Shown in pieces: positions 18,556 through 27,304 of a DNA stretch of 47,165 nt (positions are counted from its first letter, which is position 1; every line of letters starts with the position of its first letter). The notes beneath the pieces were generated by a model that saw nothing but the letters and a program-made list of their open reading frames with translations, was not told the DNA's origin and ran no database searches. Both the position numbers and the translations under genes were made by a program. The stretch is from the IMG/VR virus record IMGVR_UViG_3300012041_000011, positions 1-47,165 of that record. The stretch is one strand, 5' to 3'. Origin of the DNA: a virus (taxonomy: Duplodnaviria; Caudoviricetes).

Positions 18556-19491
18556 TTAAGAATCGAACACGTTCTTCATGTTATCTTTCATATTCTTTTC
18601 TATGGACTTTGCGACAATTTCTGCACCACCGTTTTTCCAATCTACAAATCTTCCACATGAGAGATCTAAGACAATCTTGATGTTGCTGTTTCCTCTTCCA
18701 TGACGGGCTTTTTCTACCTTCAAATTAACGTACGATTCATATACGTTATCTTCCCCTTCTGGGACTTTCTTCTTGCGCTTCCGGTCTAGGATAAGAACTG
18801 CCGTCGCCTCTTGGCTGATTGCTGAAGTCCCTTTCATTGAATCAATAGTCGTCTCTGTATCTGTGTCTTGCATTTTCGGCTGAACAGCGAGGAAGACTGG
18901 GGTTTTATTCTTCTTAGCATACAACCGCATGTCCTTGACTGTCTGTTCAACAATCAACCGTTCTTGTGCGTGTGCTGAAGCTGGGTCTGCGTTAGTGAAG
19001 TATCTCAGGTGGTCAAAAAAGAATGCGTCAACGTCAAACTTCTCACGTAAGAAATCCATCACAGGAATACAGTCTGTTCTGAACTTCCAGTCTTCTAAGA
19101 TATTAGGGAACCAAATAGGCAGATCTGTAACTTTAGCGATATGGGCGAGCTTCTTGCTAGGTGCGATCTTCGGGTCAGACAAGAGTTTTGTTTCTGGAGA
19201 CATGTGAGCAAAACGCTGGATCATAATCTCTTCAAGACTCATCTCCCCAGAAAAGAAGGCAACGCTCTTTCCAGAAACGGCTAAGTCTCTTGCGATTTGC
19301 ATCAATAACCAAGTTTTTCCTGTCCCGCCTCTTGCTGTGATCACGACAAAATCATCATCGTTCAAACCTCCGATAGAATCTCCGATCCCAAGAGTTGGCA
19401 GCGGCATCGGGTGTCTGTTTACAGACCTTTCAACGGAATATGTTAGTGCCTCATTGTGACGAAATAACTGTTTCCCGTAGATTTCCTCCAT
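18556..19491 (-). CDS. dnaB: DnaB-like (SF4) replicative helicase, ATPase domain only
   Basis: ARGGTGKT, FFSGEM, FFDHL, KGTSAISQEA, KARHG. Confidence 0.9.
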   Translation of the reverse strand: MEEIYGKQLFRHNEALTYSVERSVNRHPMPLPTLGIGDSIGGLNDDDFVVITARGGTGKTWLLMQIARDLAVSGKSVAFFSGEMSLEEIMIQRFAHMSPETKLLSDPKIAPSKKLAHIAKVTDLPIWFPNILEDWKFRTDCIPVMDFLREKFDVDAFFFDHLRYFTNADPASAHAQERLIVEQTVKDMRLYAKKNKTPVFLAVQPKMQDTDTETTIDSMKGTSAISQEATAVLILDRKRKKKVPEGEDNVYESYVNLKVEKARHGRGNSNIKIVLDLSCGRFVDWKNGGAEIVAKSIEKNMKDNMKNVFDS

Positions 19492-19497
19492 ATGGGC

Positions 19498-19722
19498 CTA
19501 CTTAATAGATTGAATCTCAAAATATATATCTGAAAGTTGCTGTATATGATCTGCTGTGATCCAATTCTTTTCTTCCATGTGTTCAATCCATTTCAAAAGA
19601 GTTTCATGTGTTGACACGTCCTTTTCAAGGATCCAATAACTCCAGTCATCTGGCCCTAAGCGTTTATTACAAAATTCAATAAAGCCGCCGCCATCTCTAC
19701 GAACGAGTATTTCTTCAGACAT
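19498..19722 (-). CDS. Hypothetical protein
   Basis: 74-aa ORF. Confidence 0.6.
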   Translation of the reverse strand: MSEEILVRRDGGGFIEFCNKRLGPDDWSYWILEKDVSTHETLLKWIEHMEEKNWITADHIQQLSDIYFEIQSIK

Positions 19723-19832
19723 AAAAACGCTTATTATCCACCTCCGTGCCTAAACCCGACTTTCGCCGGACACGGAAGGGAATAACAAGCGTTTTAACGT
19801 CACGGTTTAGGCTATGACGGACGAACATCTAA

Positions 19833-19861
19833 ATTGTGCCTCAAGAACTTACAAAAAGCAA
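19833..19861 (-). promoter_or_regulatory. Sigma70-type promoter for the replication genes
   Basis: TTGCTT-N17-CACAAT; same -35 and GG before -10 as the promoters at 24925 and 38516. Confidence 0.6.
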
Positions 19862-19870
19862 GTCCTCATT

Positions 19871-20626
19871 TCACTCGCTTTTCAATCTCTTACAATTGAT
19901 TCGAATCTCATTCTTTCTCGTTGCGGAATCCTTCACCACTTCTTCTCCCCACTTCGATTTTAGATATAAGATATTCTGCTGTTCTCTCTCCTCGTTTCGG
20001 ATATCTTTCACCCCTCCGGCTGTCTTATGTCCGAACTGAGCGAAGATGTAGTCACATCTTACTACTCCTCCATATTCATTTACGTGCTGAAGCGTGAAGT
20101 CGTAATCCTCTTTGAGAGTCATGTTCATATCAAATCTCAAGTGGGTCGGGAGACAGACAAAAAGATCCCCAAGAATGAAGTTCTTCATACACACTAAGTT
20201 TCTGAGAGACATCGGATTCGTAGTCGGGGAGATGCCTCCGAGCTTGAAGTTCAGCTCCTTAAGCCCTGTGTGAATATCTTCAGAGATGTCTTTCAGTTTC
20301 GCTTTTGGCGTCTCCTTCATCACTGCATGGCTCACTCCGAACTTACTTCTTTCGAAATGAGACTTCGTGAAGATGTATGCCCTCTCTTTTACTAAGTCAT
20401 CTGAAATCTGGCAACACGGTTCATTCTCAGAGAAAGATTCATTTAATGCGAAGTTTCTGGCTTCCATCAGTGAGAGGCCTGTAACAATTCTCATCGCTCC
20501 GTTCTTGGCGTAGGCTTCAACATCGTTGTTTTTACCTAAAAGCCATACAGCATCTACTCCATTTAGGAACTTTTCCATCAATAATGGGGCCTCTGGTCTT
20601 TGGTGGGAGATTACATAATAGCGCAT
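19871..20626 (-). CDS. TAGT/GREB1-C/JGT-like DNA glycosyltransferase
   Basis: QISDD, KEDYDFTLQH...GGVVR, AGGVKDIR...LKSKWG motifs; located in the nucleotide-modification cluster. Confidence 0.75.
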   Translation of the reverse strand: MRYYVISHQRPEAPLLMEKFLNGVDAVWLLGKNNDVEAYAKNGAMRIVTGLSLMEARNFALNESFSENEPCCQISDDLVKERAYIFTKSHFERSKFGVSHAVMKETPKAKLKDISEDIHTGLKELNFKLGGISPTTNPMSLRNLVCMKNFILGDLFVCLPTHLRFDMNMTLKEDYDFTLQHVNEYGGVVRCDYIFAQFGHKTAGGVKDIRNEEREQQNILYLKSKWGEEVVKDSATRKNEIRINCKRLKSE

Positions 20627-20759
20627 AAGTCTGTCATTTTAGATCTTGGATAGGAATGAATAACTGTTTCATCGTCCAGGTCACGTCCTGAATCTCTGAA
20701 GGGGTAAAGTCCCGAGTAAGGTTCTAAATCTTCTGTAATGGTCTGATAACCGAACAGCC

Positions 20760-21539
20760 TTATACTGAGGGACGGTAATACCGCCTGCGCCCAGTTCCTT
20801 GTCGGAGAGCGTGAATTTTTCTAACCTCACACAAACAACCTTCAACCACGCGCATCGTCACTTTACCGTACTTCTCATGGCTTATCCCTCTCTTATTCAG
20901 ATCATCTACGATCCATTCGATTTGCTCAACTGATGGCCGCTCTCCGGGGAACATCCTCTTCAGGGTCGGCTTAGCTCCTCCTCCGATGTTGCAATATGTC
21001 TCTGGCAGACCTGCAAAACTCCACCAGTCGCACATCATTTCGTATAAGATGAGACCCTTGATCCTCATCCTTTCGAAACACCCTAGAACTGTCTCTCTTG
21101 CGAGGATGGAAGTTTCAACACCAACCAAAAGTCTCTTCACTTCACCGATCTTCGTAGATCCTTTCGGCATCGCCGGTAGAACAATGAACGCGTCTCCCCA
21201 TTTGATAGAATCTGTTGTCCAATCTTCAGCCTTACCGAACTCTACTAATGGAATTCTGTTTATCTCGGATACGTTATTTATTAGCCTTAGTAAGAATATG
21301 TTGAGAATGGCATTCTCCTTGCTCATTCCTTTTATTCTCGCTTGGAGAGCTTTGGTTGTTTTATCATCCTGACGGAATATGCAGCAGAACTTATATTTCT
21401 GTAGAATTGGATCTTTTGTCCAAGGCTTCGGCTCTCCGGCTTCCTTTTTCTTTCTGATAGATTCTCTCTCCTTGATGAACCATATGAATTCTTCGTAGAC
21501 TTTTGGATCTGGGGTCATAGCTTTCCATTGATCAGCCAC
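20760..21539 (-). CDS. 5-hmdU DNA kinase helical-domain (aGPT-Pplase1-like) protein
   Basis: FIKERESIRKKKEAGEPKPWTKDPILQKYKFCCIFRQDDK and VEGCLCEVRK motifs. Confidence 0.8.
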   Translation of the reverse strand: MADQWKAMTPDPKVYEEFIWFIKERESIRKKKEAGEPKPWTKDPILQKYKFCCIFRQDDKTTKALQARIKGMSKENAILNIFLLRLINNVSEINRIPLVEFGKAEDWTTDSIKWGDAFIVLPAMPKGSTKIGEVKRLLVGVETSILARETVLGCFERMRIKGLILYEMMCDWWSFAGLPETYCNIGGGAKPTLKRMFPGERPSVEQIEWIVDDLNKRGISHEKYGKVTMRVVEGCLCEVRKIHALRQGTGRRRYYRPSV

Positions 21540-21709
21540 TTCTCAAATAGTGGGTGAGGTTCACCGGCTTCCTTCCCCTGCCACGGGAGGTTCAAGAGGT
21601 CGGCTTTGAACTTCCGTCTAATTGCGGAAGAGAATCTCTTATATGCAGACTCGCTCCTCCAGACAGAGTGCACGAGTTCCTTATTTCTGTTCTTGTCTTC
21701 GAAGGTCAT
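21515..21709 (-). CDS. Hypothetical protein
   Basis: 64-aa ORF coupled to both neighbours. Confidence 0.5.
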   Translation of the reverse strand: MTFEDKNRNKELVHSVWRSESAYKRFSSAIRRKFKADLLNLPWQGKEAGEPHPLFEKWLINGKL

Positions 21710-21885
21710 TTGCGTCTCTTCGGCTTCTTGAGAGAGATGTTCAATCTCAACGAGGTGTCATCTACCACATACCGATAGGTAGACTCACGGGTCATCTTCG
21801 CCTTGAGGAATCCTTTCTGAATCCGGTAGATGACTCCAGACCTACTCATCCCCAAAGATTTAATAGCTTGTGCCAGTGTTGCCAT
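21706..21885 (-). CDS. 59-aa excisionase/MerR-like HTH protein
   Basis: MATLAQAIKSLGMSRSGVIYRIQKGFLKAK; ATGA overlap; below the ORF-track cutoff. Confidence 0.65.
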   Translation of the reverse strand: MATLAQAIKSLGMSRSGVIYRIQKGFLKAKMTRESTYRYVVDDTSLRLNISLKKPKRRK

Positions 21886-22474
21886 ATTTCTCCTTTTGTC
21901 TTTTGAGTTTCATTTTTAATCTATATGCTCTCCTAACTGCTCTAACCATATTGTCCCTATGTTTCTTTGTGAACGGTACGCCTCTTTTATGCTCAACATT
22001 ATGGCAAGAACGACAGAGAACTTCAAGATTTTCTACAGCATTATTAGTGTTGTCATGATCTTTGTGATGAACGATAATCTGCCTTCTGCTTCCGCATCGT
22101 TCACAGACACGAGGCTTCTTATAAATATCGAACACAATACGATTATAATTTCTTCCTTTCCAATTTGGATTGTTCTCAAGCCGTTGGCTGTCTCCGAGCT
22201 TTTTTAGATGTATCAAGAATTTAGATCTAAATTCTGGGTTCTTCCATACTTTAATCATTGACAACTTGCTCCTTTCAGAAGCCTCTTCTTTATGTTTCGG
22301 ATCTGAGCGATACCATTTCTTTATGCTCCTTGAAAGCCTTTTCTTGACAGCAGGATTTTTATATGTCTCTCTATTTGAATCCCCTATCTTCTTCCTGGTT
22401 TCTTTTGAGAGCTTCCATCCACGCTTATTGACCATCTGCTCTTCACTCCATTTATATCCCTTCGGTACTCCCAT
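21860..22474 (-). CDS. NUMOD3-HNH homing endonuclease
   Basis: SKETRKKIG, ENNPNWKG, CERC, VHHKDHDNTNNAVENLEVLCRSCH. Confidence 0.9.
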   Translation of the reverse strand: MGVPKGYKWSEEQMVNKRGWKLSKETRKKIGDSNRETYKNPAVKKRLSRSIKKWYRSDPKHKEEASERSKLSMIKVWKNPEFRSKFLIHLKKLGDSQRLENNPNWKGRNYNRIVFDIYKKPRVCERCGSRRQIIVHHKDHDNTNNAVENLEVLCRSCHNVEHKRGVPFTKKHRDNMVRAVRRAYRLKMKLKRQKEKYGNTGTSY

Positions 22475-22868
22475 ATTTCTCAACAGACATCTTCTTCATA
22501 AGTATAGGGGAAACGAAAGAATTAGGGTGAGCGGAGCTATGGTAATCACGCACGTAAAAGACTTTGCTCACCCCGGATTCACTCATTGCTTTTAGACAAG
22601 AAGTGCAAGGACGCTCAAGACTAACGACCGTAGACCCTTTGAGTGCAACACCATTCTTCGCAGCGGTTGCGACCATATCTACTTCTGCGTGAATTGCGCT
22701 TACACAATGATTTTCTTCGATGATACATTCCTTCTCTCCGCAGTGATGATTGTATCCCATCACTTCGTCTGGGTTGTCGTCATCTGTGATGGCAATCGCA
22801 GCACACTGCGCCCGTGGGCAATCAGATTCCTGAGAGGTGAGAACGAGCTTCTCAATGATTCGTTGCAT
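22452..22868 (-). CDS. dCMP deaminase-like protein
   Basis: HAE...PCTSC zinc motifs, MGYN. Confidence 0.9.
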   Translation of the reverse strand: MQRIIEKLVLTSQESDCPRAQCAAIAITDDDNPDEVMGYNHHCGEKECIIEENHCVSAIHAEVDMVATAAKNGVALKGSTVVSLERPCTSCLKAMSESGVSKVFYVRDYHSSAHPNSFVSPILMKKMSVEKYGSTEGI

Positions 22869-22869
22869 A

Positions 22870-23757
22870 TTATTTATATGATACCTTACGAACACCAATG
22901 AGATAGTCCATATAGGTTTTAATCGGCTCTGGAAATCTATTCTGTGGTAAGGAATTGGGATCTGCCTGTTCTGTAGTGATCCAGAAAGAAATCTTGTTGA
23001 ACATTTCCTTTAAGTGATCCCTTGCTTCATTGAGAGACATTCCATTCCATTCTGGATGAATCAGGTCAGAGTATTCCTCAGTTCCATTCTTTTGTGCGTC
23101 TAAAACCGCTCTGAGCTGATCTTCCCGTTCATTATAGGAGTGCATACTTCCTGCTTGATGGATGTACCAGCCTGTTGGGATCTTCAAATCAGAAGCAAGG
23201 GCCTTCCCGAGAATCCCAAACTGTGAGACATCATTCGGCAGACCCCAAAGGATGTCATTCGATCTCATTGTAGAGATCATATTCAATCTACCGTCTCGGA
23301 TGAGGAATTGCAAATTGAGTGTGCAAGGCCTATCTAGCGAGTTGGTGTTGATCGCATCTGAGACAGAATAGATCGGGATTACTGCTTGTCGCGTGTCCGG
23401 ATCTTTTTCAAGCTGGTCTCTGATTTGAAAGAGACTCGCACCGATTCTCACCGGATATGCCCCGTCCCAGGTGTTAGTGATCGGATTGAGAAAATCCTTC
23501 ATGTTCTTATTCACATGTAGGATGATATCTGTTGGGACTTTCCCGCAGATATTTAGAAGCCCCTCGAGCAGCGCGAAGCGTGTCGGCAGCTTTCGGCTCT
23601 TTTGGAGAGGAGTCGGCTGAGAGTAATCTTCAAGTTTGAACTGATAGGCCAGCATCTCACGTATAGGTTTCCCTCGTGGAGCACAGTGAGATCCGTTCGT
23701 GAGAACGTCTTTGATGATCTCTGGGTAGGCAGACGTGATGTCATGATATGTTCTCAT
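22870..23757 (-). CDS. Thymidylate-synthase-fold enzyme, dCMP hydroxymethylase-like
   Basis: DTRQAV, PCT, MRSNDILWGLPND, HQAGSMHSY; Asp at the position of ThyA Asn177. Confidence 0.85.
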   Translation of the reverse strand: MRTYHDITSAYPEIIKDVLTNGSHCAPRGKPIREMLAYQFKLEDYSQPTPLQKSRKLPTRFALLEGLLNICGKVPTDIILHVNKNMKDFLNPITNTWDGAYPVRIGASLFQIRDQLEKDPDTRQAVIPIYSVSDAINTNSLDRPCTLNLQFLIRDGRLNMISTMRSNDILWGLPNDVSQFGILGKALASDLKIPTGWYIHQAGSMHSYNEREDQLRAVLDAQKNGTEEYSDLIHPEWNGMSLNEARDHLKEMFNKISFWITTEQADPNSLPQNRFPEPIKTYMDYLIGVRKVSYK

Positions 23758-24221
23758 AGAAGTGACCAATGGTTAGAGAACGCTCGAACCTTGAAAACTG
23801 TCAACTTCGGATAAGCAGCCGCAATACGCTTCGCTTCTTTCAGGAAAAGGTTCTGAACCTTCACGGCTTCATCTGGGGTGATATATGTTTCCTTCTCTTC
23901 CACACATCGGGCTTTGAGCTTATCTGCGTAGTCCCACAAAACGAGCAAGATAGCTCCTCGATCTTCCATCTTTTTTAGATAAGAAGCATACTCCTCATCT
24001 GTCCAATCTGAGGCATGCTTTTTGACTTTTGCGTAAACCTTCTCACCAAGTATGAATCTATCGAGCACGACGTTCTCTTTTTCAAAAGCTCCTCCGAAAT
24101 ATTCTAAAGGATGTTTGTCAGGTTTTGAATAATGAATCCATTCTGCCCCGAACTTCTCTGCGAGCTTCTTAGATAATTGTGACTTGCCCGTTTTGTCACA
24201 TCCCTCAACTGAAATCATCAT
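23754..24221 (-). CDS. dNMP (thymidylate-type) kinase
   Basis: EGCDKTGKS P-loop, VLDRF. Confidence 0.85.
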   Translation of the reverse strand: MMISVEGCDKTGKSQLSKKLAEKFGAEWIHYSKPDKHPLEYFGGAFEKENVVLDRFILGEKVYAKVKKHASDWTDEEYASYLKKMEDRGAILLVLWDYADKLKARCVEEKETYITPDEAVKVQNLFLKEAKRIAAAYPKLTVFKVRAFSNHWSLL

Positions 24222-24571
24222 AGCTTTTGTGCAACGCGATTTAGATTTATATCGTTCTTCCTCACATATTCATTGAAGAAGGAATCAGCGTCTAACCCAG
24301 AAATAAGAGCAAGAGCAACAACGATATGTTGGATGTCGCTCAGTTCTTCATGGAGTTTGTCATAGTCGATCTTCTTCCCAGCTGATGTCGCTCTCCAAAA
24401 TTTCCTGCTCGGAATTTCACGAAGAAACTCTACAGCTTCTTCAACGAGAAGCTGCCAATATGTTTGAAGATATTTGGATCTATCTTCTTCTGATGAGATT
24501 GATTCAATTGGAATGAAGTTTGCGGCAAGCTTCTTTTGTCTGTCGAACAGTTCCTGTAATCTGTCGCTCAT
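24218..24571 (-). CDS. All-alpha dUTPase/dCTPase (MazG-like)
   Basis: EEAVE...KFW...EELSDI...KNDIN. Confidence 0.85.
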   Translation of the reverse strand: MSDRLQELFDRQKKLAANFIPIESISSEEDRSKYLQTYWQLLVEEAVEFLREIPSRKFWRATSAGKKIDYDKLHEELSDIQHIVVALALISGLDADSFFNEYVRKNDINLNRVAQKL

Positions 24572-24768
24572 ACTTCACAGCACTCACACGGCCCGACAGG
24601 AAGTTCAGCGGCGGTGATTATTTGTGCGACTAAATTATTACATGCTTCGCACCAAATACGTAGAGTATCTGGATTATGCATTCCAACAGCAATATTATCA
24701 GGCCTTCCTTTTTTCAAACATTTCTTGCAGTGAAAGTACACAGCAATGTCTGGTTCTTTTTTGTTCAT
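24568..24768 (-). CDS. Small Zn-binding protein
   Basis: CKKC, CEAC, CECC; start placed at MNKKE because ATG 24810 abuts the -10 box. Confidence 0.55.
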   Translation of the reverse strand: MNKKEPDIAVYFHCKKCLKKGRPDNIAVGMHNPDTLRIWCEACNNLVAQIITAAELPVGPCECCEV

Positions 24769-24810
24769 ATCATTGAAAGAAGAATTATTCTGCGTTCGAC
24801 CTTTGGACAT

Positions 24811-24839
24811 ATCTTACCTGAAAGTCGGGTAACGGACAA
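24811..24839 (-). promoter_or_regulatory. Leftward promoter for the modification operon
   Basis: TTGTCC-N17-TAAGAT with GG before -10. Confidence 0.55.
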
Positions 24840-24924
24840 GTTCACAAATAAGAGCTAAAAACCCCGTGTTCACTCGTCCCGTCGAGGGGCGGGAAATGGG
24901 TAAAAACCTCAGTGAATAGGGGGG

Positions 24925-24953
24925 TTGCTTTTTCAAAGAAAGTAGGGTATAGT
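24925..24953 (+). promoter_or_regulatory. Rightward early promoter
   Basis: TTGCTT-N17-TATAGT at the strand-divergence point. Confidence 0.75.
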
Positions 24954-25055
24954 GTTCAGGTGAAGGTGAGGTTGATCGGCCACGGCTGATCTCTCCCCGC
25001 CCGTCGTTCTCAAGAGGTCTCAATACACTAACACACGTTTTCACGTGTAAACCCT

Positions 25056-25295
25056 ATGGAAACTTTTTCTAAAGACACTGCCGAACTCTTCCGCTTTATC
25101 CGCTCAGCCTACGAAAAAGCACATGCAGGATACATGGCAGGAAACATGACCCAAGATGAATTCTTCAAGGTGAAGAAAGTCTTCGCGTCCGCTCAACAGC
25201 ATCTCATGCCTTCAAAGGGGAAGGCGATGCGTGAGATTGAAAAAGATCTCGCTAAGAAATACGGAGACTCATACTCAACCGGAAAACGGGTATGA
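25056..25295 (+). CDS. Hypothetical early protein
   Basis: First ORF after the promoter. Confidence 0.7.
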   Translation: METFSKDTAELFRFIRSAYEKAHAGYMAGNMTQDEFFKVKKVFASAQQHLMPSKGKAMREIEKDLAKKYGDSYSTGKRV

Positions 25296-25314
25296 GTCTT
25301 TTAGAATAAACAAT

Positions 25315-25647
25315 ATGCATGAAAAACAAGAGAAGTTAGAAACGATTGTACGCCGCGTTCTTTCAGAAGATATCAACACTCGAAACTCTGATCAACTTCT
25401 CACATTAAAGGTTTGGTATGAGATTTCTCCAAGTTCGTTCTGTCAAATCTTAAGTGAGTGGTATGTCTCCGTTGAGGCAATCAAGACCCACTTACCTCAA
25501 GAGAACTCTGTGAAGCGAGTCCGGGCGAAGATCCAGAATGACCACCAAGAATTAAAACCAACTGACGAAGCAGTCTTGCTCAAACGATCTAAGTCTAAAA
25601 AGAATCAAGAAACGCTTTCTCAATGGGAGAGCAAGAATCTTGAGTAA
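25315..25647 (+). CDS. Hypothetical protein
   Basis: Probable start MHEKQ; TRNSD..L...VW and ENSVKRVRAKIQN. Confidence 0.7.
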   Translation: MHEKQEKLETIVRRVLSEDINTRNSDQLLTLKVWYEISPSSFCQILSEWYVSVEAIKTHLPQENSVKRVRAKIQNDHQELKPTDEAVLLKRSKSKKNQETLSQWESKNLE

Positions 25648-25661
25648 CCTTTCATAAATAT

Positions 25662-26024
25662 ATGAACGTTGATTCTATCAAACTCGAAGGTGAAGAAGCC
25701 CCTTCTGTTGTTGTAACGATTGTCAAAGATACAGATAAGTATCGTCAGTATGCTGAACTCAAAGCAGAACTGGAAGCCCTTGAAGACGAAGTGAAGGTGC
25801 TCGGGATTCAGCTGAAGGGAGATATGGAGAAAGAAGGAATGCAGAAATGCTTCCTCCCTGGATTCGGAACCTTCTCCGTTATGATGACACCTCGCTACAC
25901 TTATAGTGAAATGGTGAATGAGATTGAGAATGACCTGAAAGAACAGAAGGAACGAGAACGAAATGACGGAACCGCCACCGCTCAGGCGACTTCATCACTT
26001 CGGTTCACAAAGGAGAAGAACTAA
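25662..26024 (+). CDS. Coiled-coil protein (Gam/gp157-like candidate)
   Basis: Coiled coil followed by GFGTFS; family assignment weak. Confidence 0.6.
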   Translation: MNVDSIKLEGEEAPSVVVTIVKDTDKYRQYAELKAELEALEDEVKVLGIQLKGDMEKEGMQKCFLPGFGTFSVMMTPRYTYSEMVNEIENDLKEQKERERNDGTATAQATSSLRFTKEKN

Positions 26025-26029
26025 CTTGT

Positions 26030-26314
26030 ATGATCGATTTCTGTATAGTCTGCAAGAAAGAACCAACAACAGTCGCGGATAAAGTGTCTGTGTTTGATCG
26101 TGACGTATGCACGGATTGTAAAAAAGCAGAAAAAGAAGGCGCACCGAAGACTCAATCTGTCAAGTGCGGATCTTGCTTATCTGTGATTATGCCTCGCACT
26201 TCTTGGGAGATCATCGGAGATGAAGCAGAGTTCAAAACTTACGTATGTCCGGATTGTGACACACCGATTCATGAAAACGGAACACCCCTTCCGATTGATT
26301 CACTCTTAAAGTAA
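26030..26314 (+). CDS. Zinc-finger protein
   Basis: Four CxxC motifs. Confidence 0.7.
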   Translation: MIDFCIVCKKEPTTVADKVSVFDRDVCTDCKKAEKEGAPKTQSVKCGSCLSVIMPRTSWEIIGDEAEFKTYVCPDCDTPIHENGTPLPIDSLLK

Positions 26315-26319
26315 TTTAT

Positions 26320-26418
26320 ATGAGCGCGAACTTAAAAGAACACCTCTTCGGATTCGTTCTCTGCGTGATATTCGGAGCTATCCTCGGAGCGAGTATCTAC
26401 TTCGGATGGTCTGACTAA
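26320..26418 (+). CDS. 32-aa membrane peptide
   Basis: MSANLKEHLFGFVLCVIFGAILGASIYFGWSD. Confidence 0.6.
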   Translation: MSANLKEHLFGFVLCVIFGAILGASIYFGWSD

Positions 26419-26436
26419 TATGAGAACAGCTTAAAT

Positions 26437-26829
26437 ATGAGAACAGCTCCAAAAGAAGGAAGCCAATCTGGGAGGGTCTTGCAATTTGCAAAAGATGGCA
26501 CATCACTGAAGGCCGCCGCATCGATTTTATTCGGTAAAGACGACAATTACGCAGTTTCTAGAATCTATAATACGACCACAAAACTTCGATCTAAATACCG
26601 CTTAAATGTCTATTCTAGAAAAGGGTTCCTCGTGTACGAAGAGGGAGAACCTAAACAATCTCTGAACAAGACAAGCAAGAAGAACGGAGATATTACAGAC
26701 CTAGTCCTACAGAATCGCCTCTTCGCGTTGGGGGCTGTGCTGAAATTGCGCCTGAAAGATTCTTCTGCTTACTTACCGACGGCCATCGCTGAGGTTGACC
26801 ACCTAATTATTAAAGTCCTAACAAGCTAG
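26437..26829 (+). CDS. wHTH-like hypothetical protein
   Basis: AASILFGKDD...RIY resembles SKALYGKDD...CVY in the next gene. Confidence 0.65.
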   Translation: MRTAPKEGSQSGRVLQFAKDGTSLKAAASILFGKDDNYAVSRIYNTTTKLRSKYRLNVYSRKGFLVYEEGEPKQSLNKTSKKNGDITDLVLQNRLFALGAVLKLRLKDSSAYLPTAIAEVDHLIIKVLTS

Positions 26830-26830
26830 T

Positions 26831-27304
26831 ATGAAACAACTCACTGGAAAAGCCCTGATGATGAAAGAAGCAATCTTTGATGAAGGAAAGAGAATGACCA
26901 CAAAAGAATGGTCGAAGGCATTGTATGGAAAAGACGATCGAAATAAAGTAGGATGCGTCTATTCAATCATGAAGAGAATGCTGAATAACGGTTACGGGGT
27001 TGTTGCCTATCCTTCTGACCCAGAAGATATAAGCTCCCCAAAGAATCTTGTTCCGCTCACTGAAAGTGTAGAAGTGTCTCGTTATGCGAACTCAGCTCAG
27101 AAATCAAGAATCGACGGCAACGCTTTGAAGTTCGGCGTTCAAAGTATGCTTGAATTGGAAGTCTACCCAGAAATGGGTAAGGAGATTGCCGAGATGTTCG
27201 AAGATACTCTCAAGGCTCTTGTTGGCCAGAAGAAACTTATCCTAGCGATTGAAGAACCTACATATGTCAAGAAGTTACAGAGTGGTAATGGTTCCAATAG
27301 ATAA
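26831..27304 (+). CDS. Hypothetical DNA-binding protein
   Basis: 157-aa ORF. Confidence 0.65.
   Translation: MKQLTGKALMMKEAIFDEGKRMTTKEWSKALYGKDDRNKVGCVYSIMKRMLNNGYGVVAYPSDPEDISSPKNLVPLTESVEVSRYANSAQKSRIDGNALKFGVQSMLELEVYPEMGKEIAEMFEDTLKALVGQKKLILAIEEPTYVKKLQSGNGSNR

Noticed and set aside
20627-20759. Protein-like open frame between the kinase-family and glycosyltransferase genes
   Set aside because: No start codon or clear slippery site, and the upstream gene ends plausibly.
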